Assembly (NCBI RefSeq): GCF_009914755.1
Contig: NC_060934.1
Reading direction: 5' to 3' (one strand)
Source of the DNA: the human T2T-CHM13v2.0 reference genome, Homo sapiens
Length of the DNA: 64,000 bases
Positions 30,422 to 44,634 of this stretch are shown piece by piece. Numbering within the stretch: position 1 is the stretch's first letter; each line of letters begins with the position of its first letter. Both the position numbers and the translations under genes were made by a program. The notes beneath the pieces were generated by a model. It did no database searches and was not told the DNA's origin. It worked only from the letters and a program-made list of their open reading frames with translations.

Positions 30422-31061
30422 TATAATTACTAGGACCCTGCTTATTTCAGGCTTGATAATAAGAAATCCACTTGCCCTGGCAGAAAATGTCACCCACACC
30501 CACACCATCTACTTTCTGAAATTTAATATATCCATTTATTCCATATACTTTTCATTCATTCAGAAAACTTTGGGAAACAGTGTATGTATGACAAAGCATA
30601 AGAAATTATATAAAATTTTAGAGTTGGTAGAAAAGAAAATGTTAGTTCTGGCTAAGAACTCAGTGATAAGAATTAACCATGTTCTTGACTTATAGCTCAC
30701 TTATGCTATGTGTGCTTAGAAACACTGAATATCATAAAAACTCAATCAACTGTGTGAAAATGACCGTTTATTCACAGTTAAGTGTTTTAAAGAGAATTGG
30801 TCATTTTTATGCTAGTGTCATCTAGATTCCCTCCCCATAGATCCACTCCAACTTCCCCACTGTTGCTACACTCTCAAATCATGATCAAGTGAACATTTAT
30901 CTTAAGCACCAACAAAAGAATAAACAAACAAATTTCAAACAGTTCTATCAAGCTTCAACTCTGTGGTAACATCATACCACACCTCTGGAATCATTTTAAT
31001 TCTTAACAGTTATTTCTTGGTATAATATTTACATTCTGGCATTAAAGCAGAAGGTATCGTT

Positions 31062-33745
31062 CTATTTTCTTTGTCTTTCCAAATTTTATTTTAGGTTCAG
31101 GGACTACATGGGTAGCTTTGTTACAGGTGTAAATTGTGTGCTGTGGGAGTTTGGTGTACCTATTATTTCATCACCCAAGTAATAAGCATATTACCCAAAA
31201 GGTAGTTTGTCAATCCTCATCCTTCTTCCACCCTCCAACTTCAAGTAGGCCATGGTGTCTATTGTTCCCTTCTTTGTGTCCATATATATTTGAAAATTAG
31301 CTCCCACTTGTGAGGACATGAGGTATTTGATTTTCTGTTCCTGCAATAATTTGCTTAGGATAATGGCCTCCAGCTACATCCATGTTACTGCAAAGGCATG
31401 ATCTCATTCTTTTCATGGCTGCATAGTATTCCATGGTGTATATGTAAATTTTCTTTATTCAGCCCCCTTTTGATGGGCATTTAGGTTGATTCCATGTCTT
31501 TGCTATTGTGAATAGTGTTGTGATAATCATATGCGTGCATGTGTCTTTATGGGAAAACAATTAATATTCTTCTGGGTATATACCCAGTAATGGAATTGCT
31601 GGATCAAATGGTAGTTCTGTTTGAAGTTATTTGAAGAATCTCCAAACTGCTTTCCTCAATGGATGAACTAATTTACATTCCCACCAGCACTGTATAAAGT
31701 GTTCCTTTTTCTTCACAACCTCGCCAGCAACTGTTATTTTTTGACCTAATAGCCATTCTGACTAGTGTGAGACGGTATATCATTGTGATTTTGATTCGAA
31801 TTTCTCTAATGACTAGTGATGTTGAGCATTTTTTCATATGCTTGTTGGCCACATGTCTGTCTTCTTTTGAGAAGTGTCTGTTCATGTCTTTTTCCCATTT
31901 CTTAATGAGGCTTTTTGAGGTTTGCTTGATGATTTGTTGAACTTGCTTATCAGTTCTGGATATTAGACCTTTGTCAGATGCATAATTTGCAAATATTTTC
32001 TCCCATTTTGTAGGTTGTCTGTTTACTCTGTTGATAGTTTCTTTTGCTGTGCAGGTCTTTAGCTTAATTAGGTCCCATTTGTCAATTTTTGGTTTTGTTG
32101 CAATTGCTTTTGGAATCTTCATCATGAAATCTTTGCCAAGATCTAGGTCCAGAATGGCATTTCCTAAGTTTGCCTCTAGAGTTTTTATATTTTTATGTTT
32201 TATGTTTAAGTCTGTAATCCATCTTGAGTTGATTTTTGTATATGGGGTAAGGAAGGGTCTATTTTCAATCTCCTGCATATCGCTAGCCTGTTATCCCAGC
32301 ATCATTTATTGAATAGGGAGTCCTTTCCCCATTGCTTGTTATCGTCAATTTGTTAAAGATCAGAAAAAAAGGTTGTAGGTGTGGGGATTTATTTATGAGC
32401 TCCCTGCTCTGTCCCATTGCTCTGTGTGTCTATTTTTCTACCACCACTATGCTGTTTTGGTTACTCTAGCCTTGTCGCATAATTTGAAGTCAGGTAGTAT
32501 GATGCCTCCAGCTTTATTCTTTTTGCTTAGGATTGCTTTGGCAATTCAGGCTATTCAGACTATTTTTTGGATCCATATGAATTTCAGATTAATTTTTTTC
32601 TAATTCTGTGAAAAACGGCATTGGTAGTTTGATAAGAATAGCATTGATTCTGTACATTGCTTTTGGCATATGTCTGTATGGACAGAAAATGTGAATTTCT
32701 CTCTTCCTATTTTGAAGCCTTTTGTCTTTCTCTTGCCTGATTACTCTGGCTAGGACTTCCAGTACTATGTTGAATAGGAGTGGTGAGGGTGAGCATCTTT
32801 GTCTTTTTCCAGTTCTTAAGGGGAATGTTTCCAGTTTTTCTCGTTCAATATAATGTTGGCTATGAGTTTGTCATAGGTGACTCTTATTATTTTGAGGTAT
32901 GTTCCTTTGATGGCTAGTTTGTTGAGGACTTTTAACATGAAGGGATATTAAATTTATCAAAAATTTATTCAGTATCTATTGAAATGATAATATGTTTTTT
33001 TTAGTTCTGTTTATGTCAAGAATCATATTTATTGGTTTGCATATGCTTTGAACCAACTTTGCATGCCAGGAATAAAGCCTACTTGATCATGGTGGATTAC
33101 CTTTTAGATGTGCTGCTGAACTCTATTTGGTTGTATTTTGTTCAGGATTTTTGTGTATAGGTTCATCATGGATACTGGCCTGAAGTTTTCTTTTTTTGTT
33201 CTTTCTCTGCCAGGATTTGGTATCAGAATGATGCTGGGATTATAGAATGAGTTAGGGGCGAGTCCCTCCTCATAAGTTCCTTAGAATAGTTTCAGCAGAA
33301 TTGGTTCCAGCTCTTCTCTATATGTCTGGTAGAATTCACCTGTGAATCTGTCTGATCCAGGCCTTTTTCCGGTTGGTGGCTTTCTTATTACCAATTCAAC
33401 TTCAGAACTCATTATTGGTCCATTCGGGTATTCAGTTTCTTCCTGGTTCAATCTTGGTAGGTTGTATGTTTCCAGGAATTTATCATTTCTTCTAGGGCTT
33501 CTAGTTTGTGTGCATAGAAGTATTTATAATAGTCTCTGAGGGTTTTTGTATTTCTGTGGCATCAGTAGTAATGTCACCTTTGCCATTTCTGATTGTGTGT
33601 ATTTGTATCTTCTCTTTCTTTTTTCTATTAGTCTAGCTAGCCATCTATTAGTCTTATTTATTCTTTCAAATAACCAATTTTTGGTTTCATTGATCTTTTT
33701 AATGGATTTTCATATCTCAACTTCATTGAATTTTGGCTATTTCTG
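31062..33745 (-). mobile_element. L1PA15/16-like ORF2 3' half and 3' UTR
   Basis: ORF 31673-32278 is L1 ORF2 C-terminal ([23 protein letters not shown]); old L1PA-type 3' UTR with T-rich tail near 31062-31092. Confidence 0.92.
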
Positions 33746-35880
33746 GCAGAGGGCAAGATAGCCAACTAGATACAGCCAAGTGGAACAGCTCCTACTGAGG
33801 AATCAAAATGACTGCCGTGCTTCCTAACAGATCTTCAGAGTGAAGACACAGAAGCTGGCTAATGGGGGAGGAAGCCTAGAACCCTGCACAAGGCTATCAT
33901 GTACTGGAACTCATTCCTGATCCCCAATGACTCCAGGGTAATGGGTGAGTTGAACTGGCATGGAGCAACCTGCTCTTGCCAAGGGACCTCAGAAATCCCG
34001 GCAGGAGGCGACCCCTTAACCACCAAGAACACTCAATTTGGCAGGGAGAGCTGCTTAGAGAAGTGGTAGGGGACATCACATCAGCTGATGCAGAGCCCAG
34101 AGGGTTTGGTGCAGAAGCATCTGTAGTGGAACATGGACAGGGTTACCCATCTCCCTAGGCTTGACTTGCTCCAATAGGAGGCTTTAGCCCTAGGGGAACT
34201 GTTGGACCTGAACTCTTCAGGGTGGCCTTGCCCATCAGATGGGGACAGTCCAACCTGAGCATCCCTTGGTCTCCTGGCCAATTCCGTAGCCCCAGCCTGG
34301 CCGTGTCTGCTTGCATGGCAGCGTCAGGTGCCCCATCCTTTTTAGCACCAGGGACCAGGTTCATGGAAGACAATTTTTCTGTGAACTGGGGATGGCGGGG
34401 AACGGTTTTATGATGGAACTGCAATGGAACCGTTCCACCTTGGATCATCAGGCATTAGATTCTCATAAGGGGCATGCGACCTAGATCCTGCATGCACAGC
34501 TCACAATAGGATTCACTCTCCTGGGATAATCTAATGCCACCAATGATCTGAAAGAAGGTGGAGCTCAGGCAGTCATGCTCTCTTGCCTGCTGCTCACCTC
34601 CTGTTGTGCGGCCCCAGACCAGCACCAGTCCAGGGCCTGGGGTTTAGTGGCTCCTTCTCTAGGGGACTGCATCACAGCTCCTGCACCATTGGACCATGCC
34701 TGACTGATGGAGAGCTCCAGTGGGGCAGCCCCCATGGCCATACACTAATTGCCCACTCCCTCCACAAACTGCCCCTAGGCACACCACGTTAGCAGCATAT
34801 CTGTGTACGAGCAGGCTTTGCCTTCCTTGCCCTGTCAGCATGCTTGTGTGGGTGCACCTTGCCCTGACACTGCTACAGTGGGAGTGCACTTTGCCCCTCC
34901 TCCCTCCGCCAAACTGCCATGCAGTCAGAGCCTTGGTGGGCACAGAGCCAAGCAGCCCAACTCCCATCAGCATCCCACCCTTCTGCCAACTCTGTCATGG
35001 GAATGAAGTCAGGCACAGAGAACTGCAGACCTTCCCCTGCCCTGAGAGACAAACCCTGCCTGCAGTGCAGAGAGTGTACATAGACTTGTACCCACCAGCA
35101 ACCTGCCCCCATGCTAACAACACCATCAGTGCAAACATGTGCATGGTTGCCAGTTGGGGCCCTCATACCCTGAGCAGTGCTGCCCCTGCCACTGTGGTGA
35201 ACACCCACACAGAAGCAGGCACCATGGCACCCACCAGCACCCTGCTGCAGCCAATAAGTATGGACACCACCAAGCTCCTGCTGCTGCTGACACATGCAAA
35301 CCAGGATGGATCCCGCTGCCAACTCACTATGAAAGATTTGGCTGATGCCACCCATGGAAGTGTAGTGACTGGCAATCTGGGAGCCCCTCAGCTCCCTCAG
35401 TGCAGTGGATTCCTAACCTTGAGGTGCCAGAGAACAAAGTCAGGGCTCAATACGAGTCCCCAAGAGTTAAAGCACGCAGTTCAGGAGTTAGGAGCTGAGT
35501 ACTGGCCCCTGAAAATCTTCTAGAAACAAAGCCAGTTGGCTGAATCCACCTTATACCACAATCAAGGTCATCAAATAGGATAAAAGAAAAAAAAAAATCC
35601 AAAGGTCAGCAACTTCAAAGACTGAAGAAACATTATCCCACAAAGAAGAGGAAGAGACAGCTTATGAACTCTGACAATTCCAGAAGCCGGCCTTTGTATC
35701 CTCCAAATGACTGTCCTTCCTCTCCAGCAATGGTTCTGAAAGAGGGTGAGATGGCTGCACTGACAGAAATTGGATTCTGAATGCGGATAGGAATGAAGAT
35801 GACTGAGATGCAGGAGTATGATGATACCCAATCCAAGGAAGTTAAAAATCACAATAAAATGATATAGGAACTGCCAGACA
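33746..35880 (+). mobile_element. L1PA15/16-like 5' UTR plus ORF1 start, inverted relative to 31062-33745
   Basis: Starts GGCAAGATAGCCAACTAGATACAGCC (YY1-box-type L1 start); GC-rich UTR; ORF1-like sequence at 35640-35880. Confidence 0.8.
34325..34656 (+). mobile_element. MER1B hAT-Charlie element
   Basis: GCACCAGGGACCAGGTTCATGGAAGACAATTTTTC...ATCATCAGGCATTAGATTCTCATAAGG...GGAGCTCAGGCAGT. Confidence 0.88.
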
Positions 35881-36673
35881 GGAGATGAGCTTCCCGGCTA
35901 CATCTAGTCAACTATCTTGGCTGTAATCCTAGCATCTTTCTTTATGCATGGCATGACTTTACAGAAATGTGAAGAAGTGCAATGGTCTTATACAGAGATT
36001 ATAGGACTTACAGGATTGTGTATTCTTTATCTCTTCACACTAGCTTTCATTGAGCTAGGTAAGTTATGCAGCTGAGTAGTAAGTCATTCAGTTCAAATAA
36101 ACAACTCTCACAATCTTAGCCTTTCCTCATATGCCACCCTCTGCCCCAACTGTACCTGACTTATGGGGTTGTAATAGCTGCCAAGGTAAAGGAAGAACAA
36201 GCCTAGTGCCATGTTTTCTCTTTCAATGGGTTAATGTTGAATTAATCTCTGGGAACAATTCTTGCCTGTTTTCAACAATCCCTTTTCTAATTCCCCTTGT
36301 TTAGGTATAATGAGGTAGGCTATCAGGAAATCGGTTTTAACATAAGAAATGATTTAAATCAAAATTTAATAATCACATTTTTATCTCTAGTTTAGAACTT
36401 ACTAGATCAGTCTTAGGACTGAACAGAGAAAATTGAGTTGAGATTAGAAAGTGATAAAAAATTTTCCTTTTTTTCAATATATATTTTCATTTTATCCAGA
36501 AGTTAAGTTATATGTCTATAAATTTAATGAACAATTTTGATTATGTAAAAACATTTAGATACCAAAATGTTTATTGTAGAGTTCTGTATAAGAGTTAGAA
36601 ATGTTTAAAATATGCAGCCCATGTAAAATGTATGTACGATATTGATTAATAGAAGTGTGTCTATTTACTTTTG

Positions 36674-36711
36674 GCTCCAGTGTTGCAATTGGTTAGTACG
36701 TGGTACTTATA
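36674..36711 (+). pseudogene. Tailless retropseudogene of the tRNA-Ile(UAU) 5' exon
   Basis: GCTCCAGTGTTGCAATTGGTTAGTACGTGGTACTTATA vs tRNA-Ile-TAT GCTCCAGTGGCGCAATCGGTTAGCGCGCGGTACTTATA (32/38; 5 of 6 changes are CpG decay); perfect 18-bp TSD AGAAGTGTGTCTATTTAC at 36651-36668 and 36712-36729. Confidence 0.92.
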
Positions 36712-37130
36712 AGAAGTGTGTCTATTTACAGGAAAAAAAAATCTTTTCTACAATATTACTAATATGGAATAATAAAAATAGTTTGTATACATTATGATCC
36801 CATTTATTGTAAAACTATAAACATACATGCACAGAGATGCAACTATATTTACTTATTTATAATCTGCAAGGATAAGCTACAAATTATTTAATTGGTTTTT
36901 ATTACACGGGTTGAACTACAGCATAATTATCTCTTTTTTCATCTGTAATTATACTACTAATAATGATCTTTTTAAACTTTTTGATATTTTGCATAAGGGC
37001 CCAAGATTCAAATGACAAAATCTGACATGCTTAGTGTCAGAACAGCTTTATTGAAGCTACAAAATTTTATAAATATATCTCTTTAATTTATAATATGGCA
37101 TAAAAGATATTTGCTATACCTGAAACAAGG

Positions 37131-37487
37131 TGTCGTAGTCATTAAGTGAGTTCACACATATCCTAGGTCCATGGAAGGTTTGTACTAGACCACCTATTTA
37201 AAGTTGGGTATGGACATGCAGTTTTCTTTGGCCCAGAGAATAAAAGTTGTAAGATGTAGAAGAAAAGGAACCATTTTTAGATTCAGAGCTTTTCTTTCCC
37301 TTGACAGAGAAACTGACAACATTTCAAATAGTACAGTTTCTATCAGCCTGGGTCCCTAATGGAGCAAAGAGCCTCCTGTTGATTTTTACTGGTTATGTAG
37401 CATGAGCAAAAATTAAACCTGTATTATTAGAACCCACTAATAAATTTGAGGGTTGATTATTACAAGAGCTCATACTGACAAATACAT
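37131..37487 (+). mobile_element. MLT1I/J-like MaLR LTR
   Basis: CTATCAGCCTGGGTCCCT...ATGTAGCATGAGCAAAAATTAAACC...TACTGACAAATACA. Confidence 0.7.
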
Positions 37488-37559
37488 CATGTAACTAGAT
37501 TCCTGCTGGAGATTTATATGCTAAGGGTGAAACAACATGTTTAAAAGTAAGGAAGACCT

Positions 37560-37897
37560 TTTTTTTCTTTTCTTTTCTTTTCTTTTTTTATTTTTACTTT
37601 TTTTGAGACAGAGTTTAGTTTTGCTCTTGTTGCCCAGGCTGGAGTGCAATGATGCCATCTCAGCTCACCGCAACCTCCACCTCCCGGTTCAAGAGATTCT
37701 CCTGCCTCAGCCTCCCGAGTACCAAGTAGCTGGGATTACAAGCATGTGCCACCACACCTGGCTAATTTTGTATTTTTAGTAGAGATGGGATTTCTCCATG
37801 TTGGTCAGGATGGTCTTGAACTCCCAACCTCAGGTGATCCGCCTGCCTCAGCCTCCCAAAGTGCTGGGATTACAGGTGTGAGCCACCGCACCAGGCC
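37560..37897 (-). mobile_element. AluSp-like
   Basis: GCTCTTGTTGCCCAGG, CTCACCGCAACC, TTTCTCCATGTTGGTCAGG. Confidence 0.95.
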
Positions 37898-37927
37898 AAA
37901 GAACAGAAGACTTTAAGAAACTGTAAT

Positions 37928-38070
37928 ATTCTATATTAAAATTAATAATGATAATAAATAATGTTTGTATATGTACAATATTGAGGCACAGTACTAAAAA
38001 GATTCTATATTAAAATTAATTATAATAAATAATATCTGTATACTTACAATATTGAGGCACAGTACTAAAA
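37928..38070. repeat. ~70-bp tandem duplication at a MIR-like end
   Basis: ATTCTATATTAAAATTAAT...TACAATATTGAGGCACAGTACTAAAA twice. Confidence 0.9.
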
Positions 38071-38396
38071 CTTTTATATGTAGGTAAATAATTTTATTCA
38101 TACGCAATTATTTTATCAGCTTTGTTACTGAGAAAACTTAGACTTACAGATATTAAGAAATTTGACCAGAGGAACATCCCATAAGTGTAACTCAAGCTAC
38201 CTAAAAAAATTTTCAACACCATAAAACTAATAGGAACAAATGTTACTATTTAGTTAAATACCAATTCTATGCCATCTGCTGAACATGATGTTTTGTATAT
38301 TATATGATTTGCCCCTCCCAACACATATCTAAAGTAGGGGTAATCATCTTTCTAGGGAAGAAACTGAGATTTAGAGAAGTGAACTAACTCAAGTGA

Positions 38397-38480
38397 TAAA
38401 GAGCAGGTCAAAGTTCAAACCTCAGGTTCAACTCTAAATAAAGGGCAGGTCAAAGTTCAAACCTCAGGTTCAACTCTAAA
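38397..38480. repeat. 42-bp tandem duplication in a MIR-like element; each copy has a DR1 motif
   Basis: TAAAG(A/G)GCAGGTCAAAGTTCAAACCTCAGGTTCAACTCTAAA x 2, one mismatch. Confidence 0.95.
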
Positions 38481-38529
38481 GCCCATGCAGTTTGCACAAT
38501 ATTATGCTAAGTTTTGTATAAACACTTAC

Positions 38530-38624
38530 CTTTACATGATCTGCAGCTGGTGGAAAAACAGGTTTTATAGCAAATTTAATAATGCCAATAAGTAAAGAAG
38601 GAATGTATTTTTAACCATCTGTAC
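38530..38624 (-). other. Candidate internal exon, 95 nt
   Basis: Minus strand ctaaacttattttAG|GTAC ... AAG|GTAAGT (consensus donor); stops in all frames. Confidence 0.35.
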
Positions 38625-39644
38625 CTAAAATAAGTTTAGCTGCATTCACTGGATTACTCAGTGAAATATTTAGGAGCTAGTATTTCTTGACTCATTAAGG
38701 GAAAAAAAAAGATACTATGACATCAGACTTATTCAAAATAGCAATGTCGTGTTACTTTTCTTCCTTTTATCATCAATTACTACAAAACTTGTACTTACTC
38801 ATATTCATTCATATATAGTTCTCCCAAATTCATGACATATTTGAGGAATTGTATTAACATTCTCCTTCCTTCTAAAACTGAGAAATGTATGACTTTTGGT
38901 GTTTAATAATGTAACCTATTCCTGTGCAGAAAAGATCAGTTTTATTTTAATAATTAATATATACTTTATTTAAGTCATACATTCAGAAGTCTTATTTTTC
39001 TTTAAAAATTTTAATTCTGGTTACAAATCTTGCTGTTTATTTACTAGAAAATTCTAACACTTTAAAGAGACCATTTATTAAATTCAGTTCCATTAAAAAC
39101 CTTAATTATATGCCATTAAAAATTAAATCTCATTTACCAATTAAATATTGTCACTTTCATTTTAAAGAAGTGTTCCAATGATCTGAGTGATAAAACTTCC
39201 CAAATACTTAGTAATTCTTTTAGCCTTGTAAAATTAAACATATAAGTATAGAAACCAAGTTCTATTACATGTTCAATAGTGTATTTTAACTTAATAAGAT
39301 TTTTACTTAAAATCATAAAACTAGAGCAATTATTTTCTAAACAAGTTTAAATTGGAATCAAAGGCTCCCCATAATACTAGCAAGCTGAACTCTCTTAAAC
39401 ATTACAAGTAAATAAAATACAAAATGAGCACTTAGTTTTATATTAAAGTATGAATTAAAGAATGTTTAATTCTCCTGAATACTTGTAGACTGAACTTTAA
39501 ATCTTGGGGTTAATGGATGTTTAATTTCTATGAGGACAATTTCCTCTTGCCTAATGGGGATTACTTATTAAACAATTTTTTTTATACTGACTGTGACTAG
39601 ATTCCTTTCATCCAACTTACTAGAACATGTTAAACTGCCATTAA

Positions 39645-40275
39645 TGAAGCGGTTTCGTTGTCTGGGGAAATACCTGAGGTTTGTCATCTGGCACCAAGAT
39701 TAAGGACACGGACACACATGGGTAGGTTAATGACTGCAAAGTTTAACTGGCAGAAGAGAAAGGAGAATAGCTCTCTCCTTTGTGAGAAAGAGGAGCTTCC
39801 AAAAGCAAAATATGGCCTGTGGTGGAGAGCACCAGATTTTATAGGCAGTCTTGAGGAGGCAATGTCTGAGTTACGTAGGGCCCACAGATTGGTTGGAACA
39901 GGTGTGACATTTACATAGCACAGGGAAGGCTGGCTGCCCCACCCTCATCTTATTATGCAAATGGACTTTCCACTTGGCCAGCTCCGTTCTTGTCTGCTTC
40001 TTACTGCACACATGGCTGGCAAAGAGAAGGGAACATGGGGTCGCCATTTAAACATGCCTAGTCCCAGGCAGCCTTTTCCTATTGGCACAACTGCCAACAG
40101 TGCCCCCTGCAAGCTTCCAGCTTTCTTGTCTATGTTTGCAGCTCAATTTTACAGGCTGCTCTTTATAAGAAAAGAAAATAATTTGGGGGCTGCTTTTCAT
40201 TAAAAGGAAAAGCTTGCAGAGGACTCCTGTACCCTCACTATCTGCCTAAATGATTTCTTCTTAACTCCTATATCA
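39645..40275 (-). mobile_element. LTR9-family (ERV1) solo LTR
   Basis: TG...CA ends; minus strand starts TGATATAGGAGTTAAGAAGAAATCA; TSD TTAA/TTAC; homologous to 61146-61830. Confidence 0.85.
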
Positions 40276-40419
40276 TTACTCTCTATAACAGGAACTTTAC
40301 AGCTCAAAAAGATTACTCTGGGGCATTCTGAAACTCTCATAGGCCATGTTCCTGGTCTAGGCATGGAATTTGTAAACTACTTGGCCTACAATAGCCCTTG
40401 CATTTAATGAAACTATCTT

Positions 40420-40986
40420 TGACAGAGGAGAAAGGAAAAAACCTGATCAGGAGGGCAGTTAGGGTGGGTCCTTGGTTGAAACCTTTAGAACAAAGAACAG
40501 CCTGCAGGCACAGATAAGGGAACTTGCACAAGGGGGCTTGCCTAAGACATGCCCAAGGCTGTACTGATAAGAAAAGCTACATAGGCAACTTGCTCAGATA
40601 CGCCCACATGGGGAAATTCCATTCCCTGACACGTGAATGGTAAAGGGAACAAAGCTATTATGGAGTAACTCAAGCTAAGGGCCCGCATGTGCATTAGAAG
40701 GACAAGGTGGAGCTACCAGAAACTTAGGCCTTATGCAAATGAGATGCCCAGCCCTCAGTGGTTTCCTATAAACGCTTTTGCATTCAACTGTAAAAATGGC
40801 AACCCTCTTCCAGTTCTCCTCTCCACAGCGGACAGCTTTCTTCTTTAGCTTATTAAACTTTCACTCCACCCTCACCCTTCGTGTTAACACTCCTTAACTT
40901 TCTTGGTCATAAGACAAATAACTCTGGATTACTACGTCAGGCAACGAGAAACTGCGACATGGTGGTGCATTGGCAAGACTGTAACA
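40420..40986 (+). mobile_element. MER61-family (ERV1) solo LTR
   Basis: TGACAGAGGAGAAAGGAA...GGCAGTTAGGGTGGGTCCT...TGTAACA; TSD TCTT/CCTT; TATAAA and ATTAAA present. Confidence 0.8.
40534..40554. promoter_or_regulatory. p53 response element motif
   Basis: GGGCTTGCCT-A-AGACATGCCC: two perfect RRRCWWGYYY half-sites, 1-bp spacer; binding not shown. Confidence 0.6.
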
Positions 40987-41224
40987 CCTTGGCTCTCAAA
41001 ATATTTACATATTTAATATTTGGAGTTAGTGAAATTCTGTATGTTTTCCATATTCTTTATGTCTGACAGAATATCACACTACAGATATTAAGTGCTATCT
41101 AAAGGATTCTGAAAAATCCCAAAACTATGTGGATCTTAACAACTTTTATGGTTGTATTTCTAGGTAAATCCTCTAACTCTGATAAGTTAATACTTAAACA
41201 CAATGTCAAGAGGTATTACTATTT

Positions 41225-43200
<1,976 letters not shown>

Positions 43201-43213
43201 AATATATTTTGCT

Positions 43214-43312
43214 GTACCTCAATAATAATAAAATAATACCTCAATAAACATAAATAACAATAAATAATACCTCAATAAACATAAATAACAATAAATAGTA
43301 CCTCAATAAACG
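43214..43312. repeat. AT-rich minisatellite, ~31-bp unit
   Basis: TACCTCAATAA four times with ACATAAATAACAATAAATA-type spacers. Confidence 0.85.
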
Positions 43313-43749
43313 TATAAAAATTAAAATCAAGAGGGACTTTTTTTATTCTAACTCTCACAAAGATATGGTGGGGTTGAACATCATTGGAGGGCAAAAAACC
43401 ACTTTGATAAGATTTACGTTCTTGTATGTTAGAGATTTTAGGTAACAAAACATCCTAACTGGAACTGTGTAGTCCAATATCCCAACTCTTTGTCAGATAA
43501 GTTTAAAATTCAAAGGCAGTTGATGGAGGGTGACAGAAAACACAGGAAATCTTCGATGTCATAGGACAGATATTTTTAAGGCTCAGGAACAAAGGTTTAT
43601 ATAATAAACTTTTCTTAAAATATATAATTTTAATACATCTATGGGCTTGAAAAAGCGTAATAGTAAAACAAACGTGCAGTTGGACTTGATTCTTAAAAGT
43701 ATGATTCTTTTACTTTCTCCGTAATTTCTTTTTCCTAATTCCGTTTTAG

Positions 43750-43831
43750 ATATTGCCAGAAGCCTGCTCTCAAAGAAGCATACAGGAGTGTGGAGAATCT
43801 GAAAGGAGTGGGGTGGGGTAGAAAAAAGAAG
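43750..43831 (+). other. Candidate exon, 82 nt
   Basis: Long pyrimidine tract ...ttcctaattccgttttAG|ATAT ... AAG|GTAATG. Confidence 0.3.
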
Positions 43832-44634
43832 GTAATGGAAAGGCATGGTTCTTAATCGTACTCTGACTCCTCTTAGAAGCAAAACGCTTTATTGGAGAGC
43901 TGCTATGGGAACTCTGTGTTTAATTTCCTGACATTTCTGAGAATCAAATCTAACAGGCGCAGTTCGATTAACATAGTTTAGTGAGGATGTTGTTTTTCTG
44001 GTCTCTTCTGACATGTACGAGAGGCCAGGCTAATACTAAAATCTGAGCAGGTCTTTTGTTAAAACAAATATTCTAAGCCAATCTTCCTGTCAAGGGAACA
44101 AATCCCCGTACAGATCACTGCTTAGACTTCCTTCCACTTTCTTCAGCAGCTGGACATCGTACCTCACCTTGGCTGGTGCCTAAATACAGTCTCGGGGGAG
44201 AAAAGATGTTTTTTTGTGGTGGTTGTTTTGTTTTTCAGGATTGTACCCCCAGTACCTAGCATAGTGTCTGGCACAAAGCACACGTTAAATATAAGTCTGT
44301 AAAGGAGGAAAGAAATACACAGATGAATTGAGTAATGACTACTTTCAGTTGTAGTATGTGAGACTAATATTTAGAGGTGGTTACCAAGGATGTAGTCACC
44401 CTTCCCAACATCCCTCATGGTTGGCTCTAAGTCTTTGGGGGTCTCTGTGAAACACTTCAAGGAGACAGAGGCACTGATCCTAAATAATATAGTAAGTGCT
44501 ATAATCAGTCTGAATGTCTCGGGTTTCAAACAATCATATGTTAATTGTCGTAAACTGTTTTGAATAAAATATTTATTTCTAAATGGAAACATATAAACAC
44601 ATCTTCGCTGTCTCTCAAAGGGGAAACGAGAGAT

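Noticed and set aside
34720-35523. Longest ORF (267 aa) and overlapping ORFs
   Set aside because: Lies in the GC-rich 5' UTR of an old L1P, starts at GTG, has no domain-like motif, and other frames on both strands are open too.
44168-44190. 12- or 23-nt minus-strand microexon
   Set aside because: Good donor, but ambiguous acceptor (TAG or GAG) and no host gene recognised.
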